A stretch of 64,000 nucleotides of DNA. It comes from a virus (Duplodnaviria > Caudoviricetes). The stretch is taken from positions 1-64,000 of the IMG/VR virus record IMGVR_UViG_3300011335_000457; one strand, 5' to 3'. This document shows, in pieces, positions 43,897-53,105 of the stretch (positions are counted from its first letter, which is position 1; each line of letters opens with the position of its first letter). The translations under genes were made by a program, and so were the position numbers. The notes under the pieces were generated by a model. The model worked only from the letters and a program-made list of their open reading frames with translations, was not told the origin of the DNA and searched no databases.

Positions 43897-44208
43897 ATGG
43901 CAACAGAACCTAAATGTCCAATGGGAATGTCTTGGGATCCTTCATCAAAAAAATGTGTGAAACCTGGAACTCCTGATACACCATTAGACAAATTAAAAAA
44001 AGAAAAAGCAAGGATGCTTAAAACTAAATTCAAAACTGGTGGTATGGTAAATGCTAATGCTAACCTAAAAGCAACAGCAACTGCTGGTAGCAAAGGTGTT
44101 AAAGCTGGGGTTAATCCTAAAGCTGCTGCTTCTAATGTAGCTAAGAAACCTTCTAAGCCAAGAAGTAAAGCTCCTAAGAAAGCTAAACCAGTAAAAACTA
44201 ATGGCTAA
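43897..44208 (+). CDS. Small Lys-rich protein
   Basis: CPMGMSWDPSSKKCV; FKTGG. Confidence 0.6.
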   Translation: MATEPKCPMGMSWDPSSKKCVKPGTPDTPLDKLKKEKARMLKTKFKTGGMVNANANLKATATAGSKGVKAGVNPKAAASNVAKKPSKPRSKAPKKAKPVKTNG

Positions 44209-44356
44209 AGAATTGATAAAAAGAAAAGACGGTAGTTATTCCCAGAGAGGTCTCTGGGATAACATCCGTGCTGCTAAGGGTTCTGGTAAGAAACCTACTA
44301 AAGAAATGCTTAAGCAGGAAAAAAAGATTAAAGCAACTACTAAAAAGAAAAAGTAA
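44201..44356 (+). CDS. Small Lys-rich protein (not in ORF track)
   Basis: MAKELIKRKDGSYSQRGLWDNIRAAKGSGKKPTKEMLKQEKKIKATTKKKK. Confidence 0.7.
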   Translation: MAKELIKRKDGSYSQRGLWDNIRAAKGSGKKPTKEMLKQEKKIKATTKKKK

Positions 44357-44595
44357 TGGCAATTAAAAAAACAACAACTAAATCAACACCAGCTAAGAAA
44401 AGTTCTTCAGTTGGTATTTCCATTTTAAGCAGTAGCAAGAATGAAATGAGAAAATGGGAAATTGAATCTGCTGTATCTACATTACAAAGAGCTGCTGAGA
44501 TTCAGAAGAATGCAAAACTAATGGCAGATGTAAAAAAGATGGCTGCAGAGAAAGCAAAAGAATTTACTAGTATAGCATCAGGTAAAAAGATTTAA
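44356..44595 (+). CDS. Small basic protein
   Basis: WEIESAVSTLQRAAEI...LM motif. Confidence 0.7.
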   Translation: MAIKKTTTKSTPAKKSSSVGISILSSSKNEMRKWEIESAVSTLQRAAEIQKNAKLMADVKKMAAEKAKEFTSIASGKKI

Positions 44596-44597
44596 TC

Positions 44598-44882
44598 ATG
44601 GCACAGGCAAAAACTAAAAAAGTAAAAGTAACTGCCGGTGGTGAAAAACATGTAGTTTATAAAAAGACTACAAAAAAAGGTGAAGGAAAGGTTGGTCACA
44701 TAATGGTCAACCATCCTACCAAAGATAAAGGACAATGGGATACTATAGACTTAACAGCAAAAGGAAGAGCTAAGACAGTTAAGCAAGGAGTAGCAGCTAC
44801 AAAAAAATGGCACAAAGATAACCCGGACTATAAATATAAAGGTAATGGCAAAGACAGCAGCATGGCAAAGAAAAGAAGGTAA
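44598..44882 (+). CDS. Small Lys-rich protein
   Basis: 94 aa. Confidence 0.65.
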   Translation: MAQAKTKKVKVTAGGEKHVVYKKTTKKGEGKVGHIMVNHPTKDKGQWDTIDLTAKGRAKTVKQGVAATKKWHKDNPDYKYKGNGKDSSMAKKRR

Positions 44883-45120
44883 GAATCCAACAGGAGGTCT
44901 TAATGCTAAAGGAGTGGCTTCTTATAGAGCAGCTAACCCCGGTAGTAAATTACAAACTGCTGTAACTACTAAACCTTCTAAACTTAAAGCTGGAAGTAAA
45001 GATGCTAAGAGAAGAAAAAGCTTCTGTGCTAGATCTGCTGGGCAAATGGCTAATTTTCCAAAAGCTGCAAAAGATCCAAATAGTAGATTAAGATTAGCAA
45101 GAAAAAAATGGAACTGTTGA
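44845..45120 (+). CDS. DUF6321-like basic phage protein
   Basis: AWQRKEGKNPTGGLNAKG..SY...NPGSKL...RRKSFCARS.GQM...KDPNSRL..ARKKWNC. Confidence 0.75.
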   Translation: MAKTAAWQRKEGKNPTGGLNAKGVASYRAANPGSKLQTAVTTKPSKLKAGSKDAKRRKSFCARSAGQMANFPKAAKDPNSRLRLARKKWNC

Positions 45121-45121
45121 T

Positions 45122-45694
45122 ATGCCATCAAAGAAGATTGAATATAATTGTACACATTGTAATGCTTTTTTTATAAGAGGTAAATCTGATATTGAAAAAA
45201 CTTTAAAAAAGAACAATACTGTTTTTTGTAGTATTTCATGTTCAAAAGAGTATAATAATAAAACACAATTAGAAAAAGGTTTTTCAGAAAACAAAATATG
45301 TAAAAAATGTAATATAGAAAAACCTAGAACAAATGAATATTATACAGCACATAAAAGAACCTTAGATGGTTTTGATAGTTGGTGTAAAACATGTAGAGGC
45401 AATTATAGAAGTGAGATAAGAAGAGGTCAATATAGGTCAATGATAAGTGATGAAGAATTAAAAAACTTATTAAAAACTGAAGGTTGTATTATATGTGGAT
45501 CTGAAGATAAACTTGTAGTTGATCATTGTCATACTACAAATATAGTAAGAGGAATGCTTTGTAATAACTGTAATATGGGATTAGGTCATTTTAAAGATGA
45601 TCCATTTTTATTAGAGTTTGCACGGATTTATTTACTATATTATAATAAAGAGTCTTCTGAAGCAGAAGAGTATTTGGAAAAATGGAATTGTTAA
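45122..45694 (+). mobile_element. Endonuclease VII-family (His-Me finger) homing endonuclease
   Basis: CIICG...LVVDHCHTTNIVRGMLCNNCNMGLGHFKDD; N-terminal CxxC fingers; flanked by a near-duplicated 15-mer. Confidence 0.85.
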
Positions 45695-45706
45695 AAATTA
45701 TATATT

Positions 45707-46381
45707 ATGAAAACTTGTAAAGAAGGTTGTGGTGGTAAAATGAAAAATGTTGGTAAAGTTGCCACTATGAAAAAAATGAAAGTTGGCGGTAATACAGCAG
45801 ACCCATGTTTTCCACTATGTTTAAAAGCTGGAGAATGTAAACCTTGTTTAAGTACAAGACTTGGTGATGCTTTAGTTAAAGCTGGTACAGTTTTATTTGG
45901 AAAAAAAGTATTAAAAGATGCTAAGAAAAATGCAGGAAATAAAAAAAAGACACCTGCTAAAACTGAAGCTGCTCAAGAAACAGTACAAGAAAAAAGAATA
46001 GGTGGAGTAACTAAGAAAAAATATGCTATGGGTGGTAACACTGGTGGATATGCTCCAGCTCAAAAAGGTGGAGATAACACTAAGAATGGTATCTATGGTA
46101 TTCCTAATGCTGGTAGAACAGATTCATTAGGGTTTAAAAAAGGTGGTATAACAAAAGCTAAATTTGGAACATCTGTAAATGTGCAAAGAGGTTATCCTGG
46201 AAAAATCAGATCCTCAGAAGCACAAGGATATACAGCAGTTGGTAAAAGAGAACCCTCAAGAACTAAATTTGCAAAAGGTGGTTTTCCAGATTTAAACAAA
46301 GATGGTAAACTTACTAAAGCTGATATTCTTAAAGGAAGAGGTGTTATTAAACGAGTAGGTGGAACAGTTAAAAAGAAATAG
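45707..46381 (+). CDS. Basic protein with seven xxGG motifs and one EF-hand-like loop
   Basis: MKVGG, KRIGG, YAMGG, AQKGG, FKKGG, FAKGG, KRVGG; DLNKDGKLTKAD. Confidence 0.65.
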   Translation: MKTCKEGCGGKMKNVGKVATMKKMKVGGNTADPCFPLCLKAGECKPCLSTRLGDALVKAGTVLFGKKVLKDAKKNAGNKKKTPAKTEAAQETVQEKRIGGVTKKKYAMGGNTGGYAPAQKGGDNTKNGIYGIPNAGRTDSLGFKKGGITKAKFGTSVNVQRGYPGKIRSSEAQGYTAVGKREPSRTKFAKGGFPDLNKDGKLTKADILKGRGVIKRVGGTVKKK

Positions 46382-46383
46382 TC

Positions 46384-46569
46384 ATGGCTGATAAGAAATG
46401 GATACAAGGAGCTATTAAAAAACCTGGTGCTTTAAGAAAATCTCTTGGAGTTAAAGAAGGTGAAAAAATTCCTAAATCAAAATTACAAGCTGCTGCTAAA
46501 AAAGGTGGTAAGCTTGGTCAAAGAGCAAGACTTGCTATTACACTTAGCAAAATGAATAAAAAGAAATAA
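46384..46569 (+). CDS. Conserved small basic phage protein
   Basis: WIQGAIKKPGALRKSLGVKEGEKIP.SKL..AAKKGGKLGQRARLA.TL. Confidence 0.75.
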   Translation: MADKKWIQGAIKKPGALRKSLGVKEGEKIPKSKLQAAAKKGGKLGQRARLAITLSKMNKKK

Positions 46570-46571
46570 CT

Positions 46572-46880
46572 ATGGGAAAAAGTAGAAAAGTTTCATCAAT
46601 ATCTAAAGAGTTTGATGGAAAAGAAGTTCAAGGAAAACTTATTGAGAGAGCTGGTTTATTTGGTAGTAATGTGTCTAAAGAGGTTTTCAAAATGCCTGGA
46701 GGTGGAAAACACATTGAAAAAACCAGAACCAATAAAAAAGGAGATGTAGTTTCTAGATCAACAAAAGATACAAAAGTAAACCCTCTTGTATTCTTTAATA
46801 AGAATAAAACTGAAGCTTATAAAAAAGCTGGTGGAGCAATGACTGCATTTAAAAAATCTTTGAAGAAAGGAGATCAATAA
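46572..46880 (+). CDS. Small Lys-rich protein
   Basis: 102 aa. Confidence 0.6.
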   Translation: MGKSRKVSSISKEFDGKEVQGKLIERAGLFGSNVSKEVFKMPGGGKHIEKTRTNKKGDVVSRSTKDTKVNPLVFFNKNKTEAYKKAGGAMTAFKKSLKKGDQ

Positions 46881-46891
46881 AAAAATAAATC

Positions 46892-47590
46892 ATGCTTAAT
46901 AGTACTATTACCATAAAGATAAAACAAAGAATCAATAAGCTTGATTCCCAGGACTATGATAACATAGAGTGCTGGCAAATTGTGGAGGCTTTTAATAAAG
47001 CTCAGGTAGAGTGGATTAGAAGACAACTTCATGGTATTAATATGGTTAAGGAAGGTGATGAGCAATCAACTAGAAGAAAGGATGACTTACAAGTATTATT
47101 ATCAACAGATAGTCTTGCTATAACAGATAAAGATATTTATTATGAGGGTGATATACCAACAGAATATCTTCAGTGGAAAAGAGTAGATGTTTGGGCAAAT
47201 AAAGAATGTTGTGATAAAAGAAGAATGACAGTATATCTTGCTGAAGAAGGTAATCTTAATCAACTCTTAAGAGATGATGCTAAGAAGCCTAGTTTTGAAT
47301 GGGCAGAGACTTTTGCTACACTAAAAGGCAATAAAGTAAATGTGTATACTAATAATACATTTGAAATTGAAAGAGCAGATTTAGTATATTACAGACAACC
47401 AATTAAAATACAAATTCAAGGTTGTGTAGATCCATATACTAATGTAGCTTCTACAGCTAATGTACTTTGTGAATTTAAAGATGATATAATAGAATTAATA
47501 ATAGATGAGGCAGTGAGTATACTTGCTGGAGATATTGAGTCAACAAATCAATTCTCTAGAGGTACTGAAGGTGCTGAACGTAACAACTAA
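46892..47590 (+). CDS. Head-tail connector (ring) protein, crAss-like
   Basis: INKLDS...FNKAQVEW...Y.RQP...E+I..AV.I pattern. Confidence 0.7.
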   Translation: MLNSTITIKIKQRINKLDSQDYDNIECWQIVEAFNKAQVEWIRRQLHGINMVKEGDEQSTRRKDDLQVLLSTDSLAITDKDIYYEGDIPTEYLQWKRVDVWANKECCDKRRMTVYLAEEGNLNQLLRDDAKKPSFEWAETFATLKGNKVNVYTNNTFEIERADLVYYRQPIKIQIQGCVDPYTNVASTANVLCEFKDDIIELIIDEAVSILAGDIESTNQFSRGTEGAERNN

Positions 47591-47595
47591 AAACA

Positions 47596-48051
47596 ATGGC
47601 AACTAGAATGTTGAAAAGACCAGATGCAAGTACAAGTACAGCATCATACTCAAGTGCTCCTGCGGGAGGTAACTGTGATACAATGACTGCAGCTTGTGTA
47701 TCTGAACTAATGAATGGAGCTACAAGCTTCCACAAGTTACATTTAAAAGTAACTGGTGCAGGTTCATTTGCAGCTCATAAAGCTCTTAATGAATTGTATG
47801 ATGCTTTACCTGGACATGCTGATGACTTAGCAGAAGGATACCAGGGAGCAGCAAGTAAACTACTTTCTTATGCTGAGACAAGTCCAAGAAAATTAGATAC
47901 AGTTGCTGATGCTATTTCTTATTTAAATGACATGACTACAATGGTAAATGGATTACAAGCTAAAATGCCTTACTCAGAGTTAGTAAATGACTTAGATACA
48001 ATCAAGTCAACAATTAATTCTGCAAGATATAAATTAACTTTCTTGAAATAA
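47596..48051 (+). CDS. Ferritin/Dps-like four-helix protein (DUF5856-like)
   Basis: FHKLHLKVTG.GSFAAHKALNELYDAL..HADDLAEGYQG...L.N.LD.I......YKL.FL. Confidence 0.8.
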   Translation: MATRMLKRPDASTSTASYSSAPAGGNCDTMTAACVSELMNGATSFHKLHLKVTGAGSFAAHKALNELYDALPGHADDLAEGYQGAASKLLSYAETSPRKLDTVADAISYLNDMTTMVNGLQAKMPYSELVNDLDTIKSTINSARYKLTFLK

Positions 48052-48114
48052 ATTTTGTTATTTCAAAAAGATTTCTTATATTATATTATATATTTATAAA
48101 CTAAAACAAACAAA

Positions 48115-49917
48115 ATGAGTTATTTTAATCATGCCTTTAGAAAAACCTTTGTTGGTACTACCTTAGCTGGTGGTGGAGGTTACACAGATTTAGCAGAGGG
48201 CCGTTTAGGTACTACAGGAAATATTTTCCCTGGAGGATCTTTTGGTTTTGTTAATCCAAAAACTTGGAATATAGTTCCAACAACTTATAATGCAACAACT
48301 ATTGGATGTTGTAATCTTATCCTTGCTGCTGGTTCAATTTATCAAAATGATAAAATTGGTCCTTTCCATGGGGGATATGCAGAGTCTAACAAATCTAAGG
48401 AAATCAATCCTAGATATGTAAACAAGTTCTACCGTGTAGATCCTTGTACTCCACAAAATAATATTATCCATATTGGTAATACAGCTTACACAGATGATGT
48501 AGCTTTATCTTTAGCTATCACAGCAACTGGTGCTAACATAGCAAATGGTGTATATACTAATGTTCCATTATATGATTTAACTAGTGCAACTGGATCTGGA
48601 TTATTAGCAGACATTACTGTAGTAGGTAATATAGTTACATTTGTAGAAATTGCTAATGGTGGTACAGGATGGATTACTGGTGATGTTGTTCAACCTGGAA
48701 CAGGTATATCATCAGCTGGTAGTAGCATTGCTGGAACTACAATGACAATTGCTGCAATGGCTGCAAATGGTGGTGCTTTCACTGTTGGAATGACTATTCA
48801 AGGTACTGGTGTTACAGGTGGTACAACTATACTTTCACAATTATCAGGAACTCCTGGTGGTGCTGGTACTTATGAAGTTAGTGTTTCACAAACTGTTGCT
48901 GGTCCTATTACAATTACAGGTTTTTACTTACCTTGGGATGGAGCTGGTTCAATCACTTCTCCTACATTTACAGTAAATGCTGGTATTGGTGCTAACTGTT
49001 GTAAAGACTTCTATTGTGGTGAAACTTATACATTACGTGTTGATGTTAAAGGGTCTCCTGCAATGAGGTTGTTAAATCACAACTCTTATATCATTGCTTC
49101 TGCATATGGTGGATGTTGTCCTGATGGTGCTATTGCTCCAGTAGTGATTGATGAAACTTTAATTTATATTCAATGGGCTGAGGCTATTACAAGATATCCT
49201 GTTATCTCTCCATTCATGCAAATAATTGTTACCACTCAAACTGGTGTTCCGTTATATGCACCAGGAACAGATCCTGCTTTCTTAGCAACAGTACCAGGTG
49301 CATTAACTTGGGATCAATATGTATCTCCAGGAGCTTTACCTAGTCCTAACTGTGCTGGTATGGTTCTTAATGGAGCTTATGTAGATACTAAATTTCAAAA
49401 CTGTACATTCCAAATCTCTGACTTCTATGAATTAGAGCCAGTAAGATTGTATGCTTCTGAAGTAGACTTAAATGGTGATCCTTGTGCTTTTGACGGAGTA
49501 TGTGTTATCACAGAATGTCAAGGAAGACAAGCAATGGGTTATGGTGAGTCAGTTGCACGGGATATTATTTTATCTGAGCAATACAGACAAAACTTCTTCT
49601 CTAGTGATTTCAGGATCCGGGAAATTACTCAAGGGTATAGTGTATTTGATTATATCAACAGAAATGCATTGTATACAAGATATTTCTTACAACACAATGT
49701 TCCACGTTTCAATAACCCAACTAGTACATTTGATAATGATCAGTACTTGTTAGAAGTTATTACTTGTGGTACAGAGCCTACATTTGAAACATTTGTTAAC
49801 GCTTGGTTAGCTGATTGTTCTCAATGTATTGGTTTAGAAGTTGAAAACTGTGTTACAAGTTGTACTCCTCTTTACCAATTCCCAGCTACAAACCCTGGTG
49901 GACCAGTAGCTTGTTAA
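48115..49917 (+). CDS. Auxiliary capsid/decoration-type virion protein with inserted beta domains
   Basis: MSYFNHAF start, FNNPTSTFDNDQYLL C-terminal motif; central Gly/Thr-rich insert. Confidence 0.6.
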   Translation: MSYFNHAFRKTFVGTTLAGGGGYTDLAEGRLGTTGNIFPGGSFGFVNPKTWNIVPTTYNATTIGCCNLILAAGSIYQNDKIGPFHGGYAESNKSKEINPRYVNKFYRVDPCTPQNNIIHIGNTAYTDDVALSLAITATGANIANGVYTNVPLYDLTSATGSGLLADITVVGNIVTFVEIANGGTGWITGDVVQPGTGISSAGSSIAGTTMTIAAMAANGGAFTVGMTIQGTGVTGGTTILSQLSGTPGGAGTYEVSVSQTVAGPITITGFYLPWDGAGSITSPTFTVNAGIGANCCKDFYCGETYTLRVDVKGSPAMRLLNHNSYIIASAYGGCCPDGAIAPVVIDETLIYIQWAEAITRYPVISPFMQIIVTTQTGVPLYAPGTDPAFLATVPGALTWDQYVSPGALPSPNCAGMVLNGAYVDTKFQNCTFQISDFYELEPVRLYASEVDLNGDPCAFDGVCVITECQGRQAMGYGESVARDIILSEQYRQNFFSSDFRIREITQGYSVFDYINRNALYTRYFLQHNVPRFNNPTSTFDNDQYLLEVITCGTEPTFETFVNAWLADCSQCIGLEVENCVTSCTPLYQFPATNPGGPVAC

Positions 49918-49943
49918 GAAGATAGTCTTAAACTATAAACAAT

Positions 49944-49978
49944 AAGGGGAGAAGAGTTTCAAACTCCTCCCCTTTTTT
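49944..49978 (+). terminator. Intrinsic terminator
   Basis: AAGGGGAG..GAGTTT-C-AAACTC-CTCCCCTT plus T-run. Confidence 0.8.
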
Positions 49979-49990
49979 ATTTTAAATCCT

Positions 49991-50533
49991 ATGGCAAATC
50001 ATGTATTAAGTTTAGAAGTACCTACAGTAATGAATTCCTGTGTCTTAAAGATATTTGATACAAGTGTTTATACTACATTACTTCCTGTAACTTGTCCAAC
50101 ATTAAATATTACTGTACCAGGATTTGGATATTCTGTACAACTAGATGTTACTGAAAACTTTGCGGAGACAATAACTGCATGTGACCTTCAGTTACAGACT
50201 ACAGACTGTGGAACTAGATACTATGATATACCAGATGGAATATACATTATTAAATACAGTGTATCTCCAAATGATCAAGTATATGTGGAGTATAACCATA
50301 TGAGAATTACACAAGCTTTAATTAAGTACAATAAAGTATTGTGTGATGTTGATGCTGCGGCATGTGATCCGCCAGCACAAATAAAAAAGAAATTAGAAGC
50401 TTTAAGATTAATTAATATGTATCTTCAAGCTGCAAAAGCAAAAGTTGAGTATTGTCATGAGCCTCAGAAAGGAATGAGTCTTTATAACTATGCTCTTAAA
50501 CTTTTAAATAAAATGACCTGTACTAATTGTTAA
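49991..50533 (+). CDS. Conserved virion protein (tail-associated)
   Basis: IPDGIY.IKYSV.PN motif; position in tail module. Confidence 0.65.
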   Translation: MANHVLSLEVPTVMNSCVLKIFDTSVYTTLLPVTCPTLNITVPGFGYSVQLDVTENFAETITACDLQLQTTDCGTRYYDIPDGIYIIKYSVSPNDQVYVEYNHMRITQALIKYNKVLCDVDAAACDPPAQIKKKLEALRLINMYLQAAKAKVEYCHEPQKGMSLYNYALKLLNKMTCTNC

Positions 50534-50553
50534 ACATTTTAAAACCAACAGAT

Positions 50554-50763
50554 ATGTCAACATGCGGAAACTGTGGAGCTAAGTTAAGTTGTAGCTGCCA
50601 GAAAAGAACATTAGCAGATGGAAAACAAGGTTGTAGTAGTTGTGCAACTAAAACAGTAGCAAAAGCTAAACCAACTGTAGCTAAGGCAAATGATGCAAAT
50701 ACAGTAAACACAAATACTTGGGGACCAAATAGATATTTAAACTTGAAAAAATTTACTAAGTAA
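50554..50763 (+). CDS. Small Cys-rich protein
   Basis: MSTCGNCGAKLSCSCQ...GCSSC. Confidence 0.65.
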   Translation: MSTCGNCGAKLSCSCQKRTLADGKQGCSSCATKTVAKAKPTVAKANDANTVNTNTWGPNRYLNLKKFTK

Positions 50764-53087
50764 TGGTACTACTACCAAATGCATACACTGTTTATAACTG
50801 CTGTGATTCAGATGTTACAGTAACAATCAATATTGCTGGTTTTGCATCAACATCAGATTATGTGTATACTTATACTGGTAGTACTGTCCTTATTGGAGGT
50901 GTTTTATTTAAGACAGGTAATTGTTATTTTATAAAATCTGTTGGAAACTCTATTGCATTTACTGGTCCACCATCAACAGCTTTTACTTCAACTAATGTCA
51001 AAGCTTGTAATCTTACTCCTGCAGATGTTTGTCCTGAATGTTCAACTGTTCAACAATACTTAAAATTTGAGTCTTGTTGTGGTGAGGATCCTTTATATTT
51101 TCAAATACCAGTTGATGGATTCTATGAAGGTTTGTATGAATATCTTGGAACACCAGTTTCAGGTCTAAAAAATATTTGTTATTCAGTCACATTAAATGAT
51201 GTTGGTGTAGCACCAATACTGGATTTAACAGACTATAGTTTATTACCAGCAGCTCCAATATTTACGGATGGTGTAACATACAGTGTATTATCTTTTGATA
51301 ATTTAGATTGTGCTGATTATGTTTTAAAATGTCCAACATGTGTTGTTCCTTGTTATACACTATATAACTGTGATGGTGAGTATTTTAATACTACAGTAGA
51401 TTTATCTGCATATGTAGGAACACTTGACCCAATTCAAATATATGATGTAGATGGTACTATCCCAGGATCATGGTATGTTTTTCTTAATACAGGTAAATGC
51501 AATGGTGCAAATAATGGAATTGCAGTAAATGATGTTCGCCCTGCACCATGTGATTGTAAATGTTTTACAGTAGTTACTGATAGTGGAGTTAAAGGAAGAT
51601 ACATAGATTGTGATGGTAATATTCAAAAAATCATTGCTAATACTAGTTTTTGTTCTCTTGTTTATCCACTTGTTGAAAGTTCTGCTGGACCATATGAAGT
51701 AGCTGAAGGTGGTGCTTGTGTTGATGGAATATGTCCTATTCTATGTTATGAACTTACTGAATGTACTACAGGTCAAGTAATCACATCTCAGTCTCAAGGT
51801 TTAGCTCAGTACTTTATATCAGGAGAAGTGATAGAACTTGTTGGTCATCCAGGATGCTGGCAAGTAACAAGTGATGAACCTGCAGACTGTAGTTGTCCAA
51901 TAGATCTTACTATAACAATAGTACATGCTGATTGCCCAACTTGTATAGGTATTATAGCATACAAACTTACAAATTGTGAGAATGTACTTGATATCAAATA
52001 TACTTATGATAATTTATCTGAGTATGTTGGTCAAAGTTTAAGAACAGACTGTGGATGTTATCTAGTAGAGTTAATTGACTTTCAACCTACAAGTACATCT
52101 CCTATAGTTATTATATCTTCATTTAATAATTGTGTTGAGTGTTTAAGAATATACTATGAACTTACAGATTGTAATGAAGTAGAGCCTTCTGTTTATACTT
52201 ATACAAATTTATCAGGGTATTTAGGTCAGGTTATAAATATCAAAGGATGTGACACTTGTTGGCAAATACAAGAAACAGATGCACCTATTAATCCTGGTAT
52301 AGTTACAGTAACAGCATCTTTTCCTGATTGCCTAGCTTGTACTCCTCCATTACCTTGTTTGTGTAACAGGTTAACTAACTATGGTACTACTTCTAATTAT
52401 TATGAGTATATTGATTGTGATGATAACAGTGTAACATTAACTTTAGCAGTAGGAGAGACTACTGGAAAAGTATGTCTTAAAAGATGGTTAATAAATTATC
52501 CTGAAACAGACAATCTAGAAGTATTTGGTGATTGTGTTTTGGGTGGTGATTTTTGTTATGAATATGATATTACTATTGGTAGTGGATCAGGTGGAACACT
52601 TTATTATAAAAATTGCAGTGGTAATGTTGAGTCTAGACTAGTTGCATCACAAAAATTTCCATACATAGAAACAATTTGTGGTGTTAATAATCAAACATCA
52701 AGTGATATATATATTGTAGGAGAGGGAACTATACGTTTTGAAAAAACTACAATATGTTATACACCAACACTTGTATGTCCAGAGACTAGACCTAAAAGAA
52801 AAATCACACCTGGATACTCTGTACCTACATGTGATATAGACAAGTATGAAAAGATAACATGTAGATCATCTGAGATTCTTTACAAAGAAGTAATGAGACT
52901 TAGATATGGTATGAGTAACTGTTGCCCAGAGGATGATGAGAAGTGGTTAATTAAAAAAGAATTAATTGATCTTGCAGCTTTAGTAGATCCAAATTATATA
53001 TGTACACCAGTACAAACATGTGGTTGTGCACCAAGTTCATGTGGATGCGGATGCAGTTCTACACTTAAGACTTGCAATTCTCAATAA
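50763..53087 (+). CDS. Very Cys-rich repetitive tail/fibre protein
   Basis: Repeats of Y-x-L-x-x-C...L-x-x-Y-x-G-x-V/I...GCW/Y; numerous CxxC. Confidence 0.65.
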   Translation: MVLLPNAYTVYNCCDSDVTVTINIAGFASTSDYVYTYTGSTVLIGGVLFKTGNCYFIKSVGNSIAFTGPPSTAFTSTNVKACNLTPADVCPECSTVQQYLKFESCCGEDPLYFQIPVDGFYEGLYEYLGTPVSGLKNICYSVTLNDVGVAPILDLTDYSLLPAAPIFTDGVTYSVLSFDNLDCADYVLKCPTCVVPCYTLYNCDGEYFNTTVDLSAYVGTLDPIQIYDVDGTIPGSWYVFLNTGKCNGANNGIAVNDVRPAPCDCKCFTVVTDSGVKGRYIDCDGNIQKIIANTSFCSLVYPLVESSAGPYEVAEGGACVDGICPILCYELTECTTGQVITSQSQGLAQYFISGEVIELVGHPGCWQVTSDEPADCSCPIDLTITIVHADCPTCIGIIAYKLTNCENVLDIKYTYDNLSEYVGQSLRTDCGCYLVELIDFQPTSTSPIVIISSFNNCVECLRIYYELTDCNEVEPSVYTYTNLSGYLGQVINIKGCDTCWQIQETDAPINPGIVTVTASFPDCLACTPPLPCLCNRLTNYGTTSNYYEYIDCDDNSVTLTLAVGETTGKVCLKRWLINYPETDNLEVFGDCVLGGDFCYEYDITIGSGSGGTLYYKNCSGNVESRLVASQKFPYIETICGVNNQTSSDIYIVGEGTIRFEKTTICYTPTLVCPETRPKRKITPGYSVPTCDIDKYEKITCRSSEILYKEVMRLRYGMSNCCPEDDEKWLIKKELIDLAALVDPNYICTPVQTCGCAPSSCGCGCSSTLKTCNSQ

Positions 53088-53105
53088 TAATTAGTATATT
53101 ATAAT

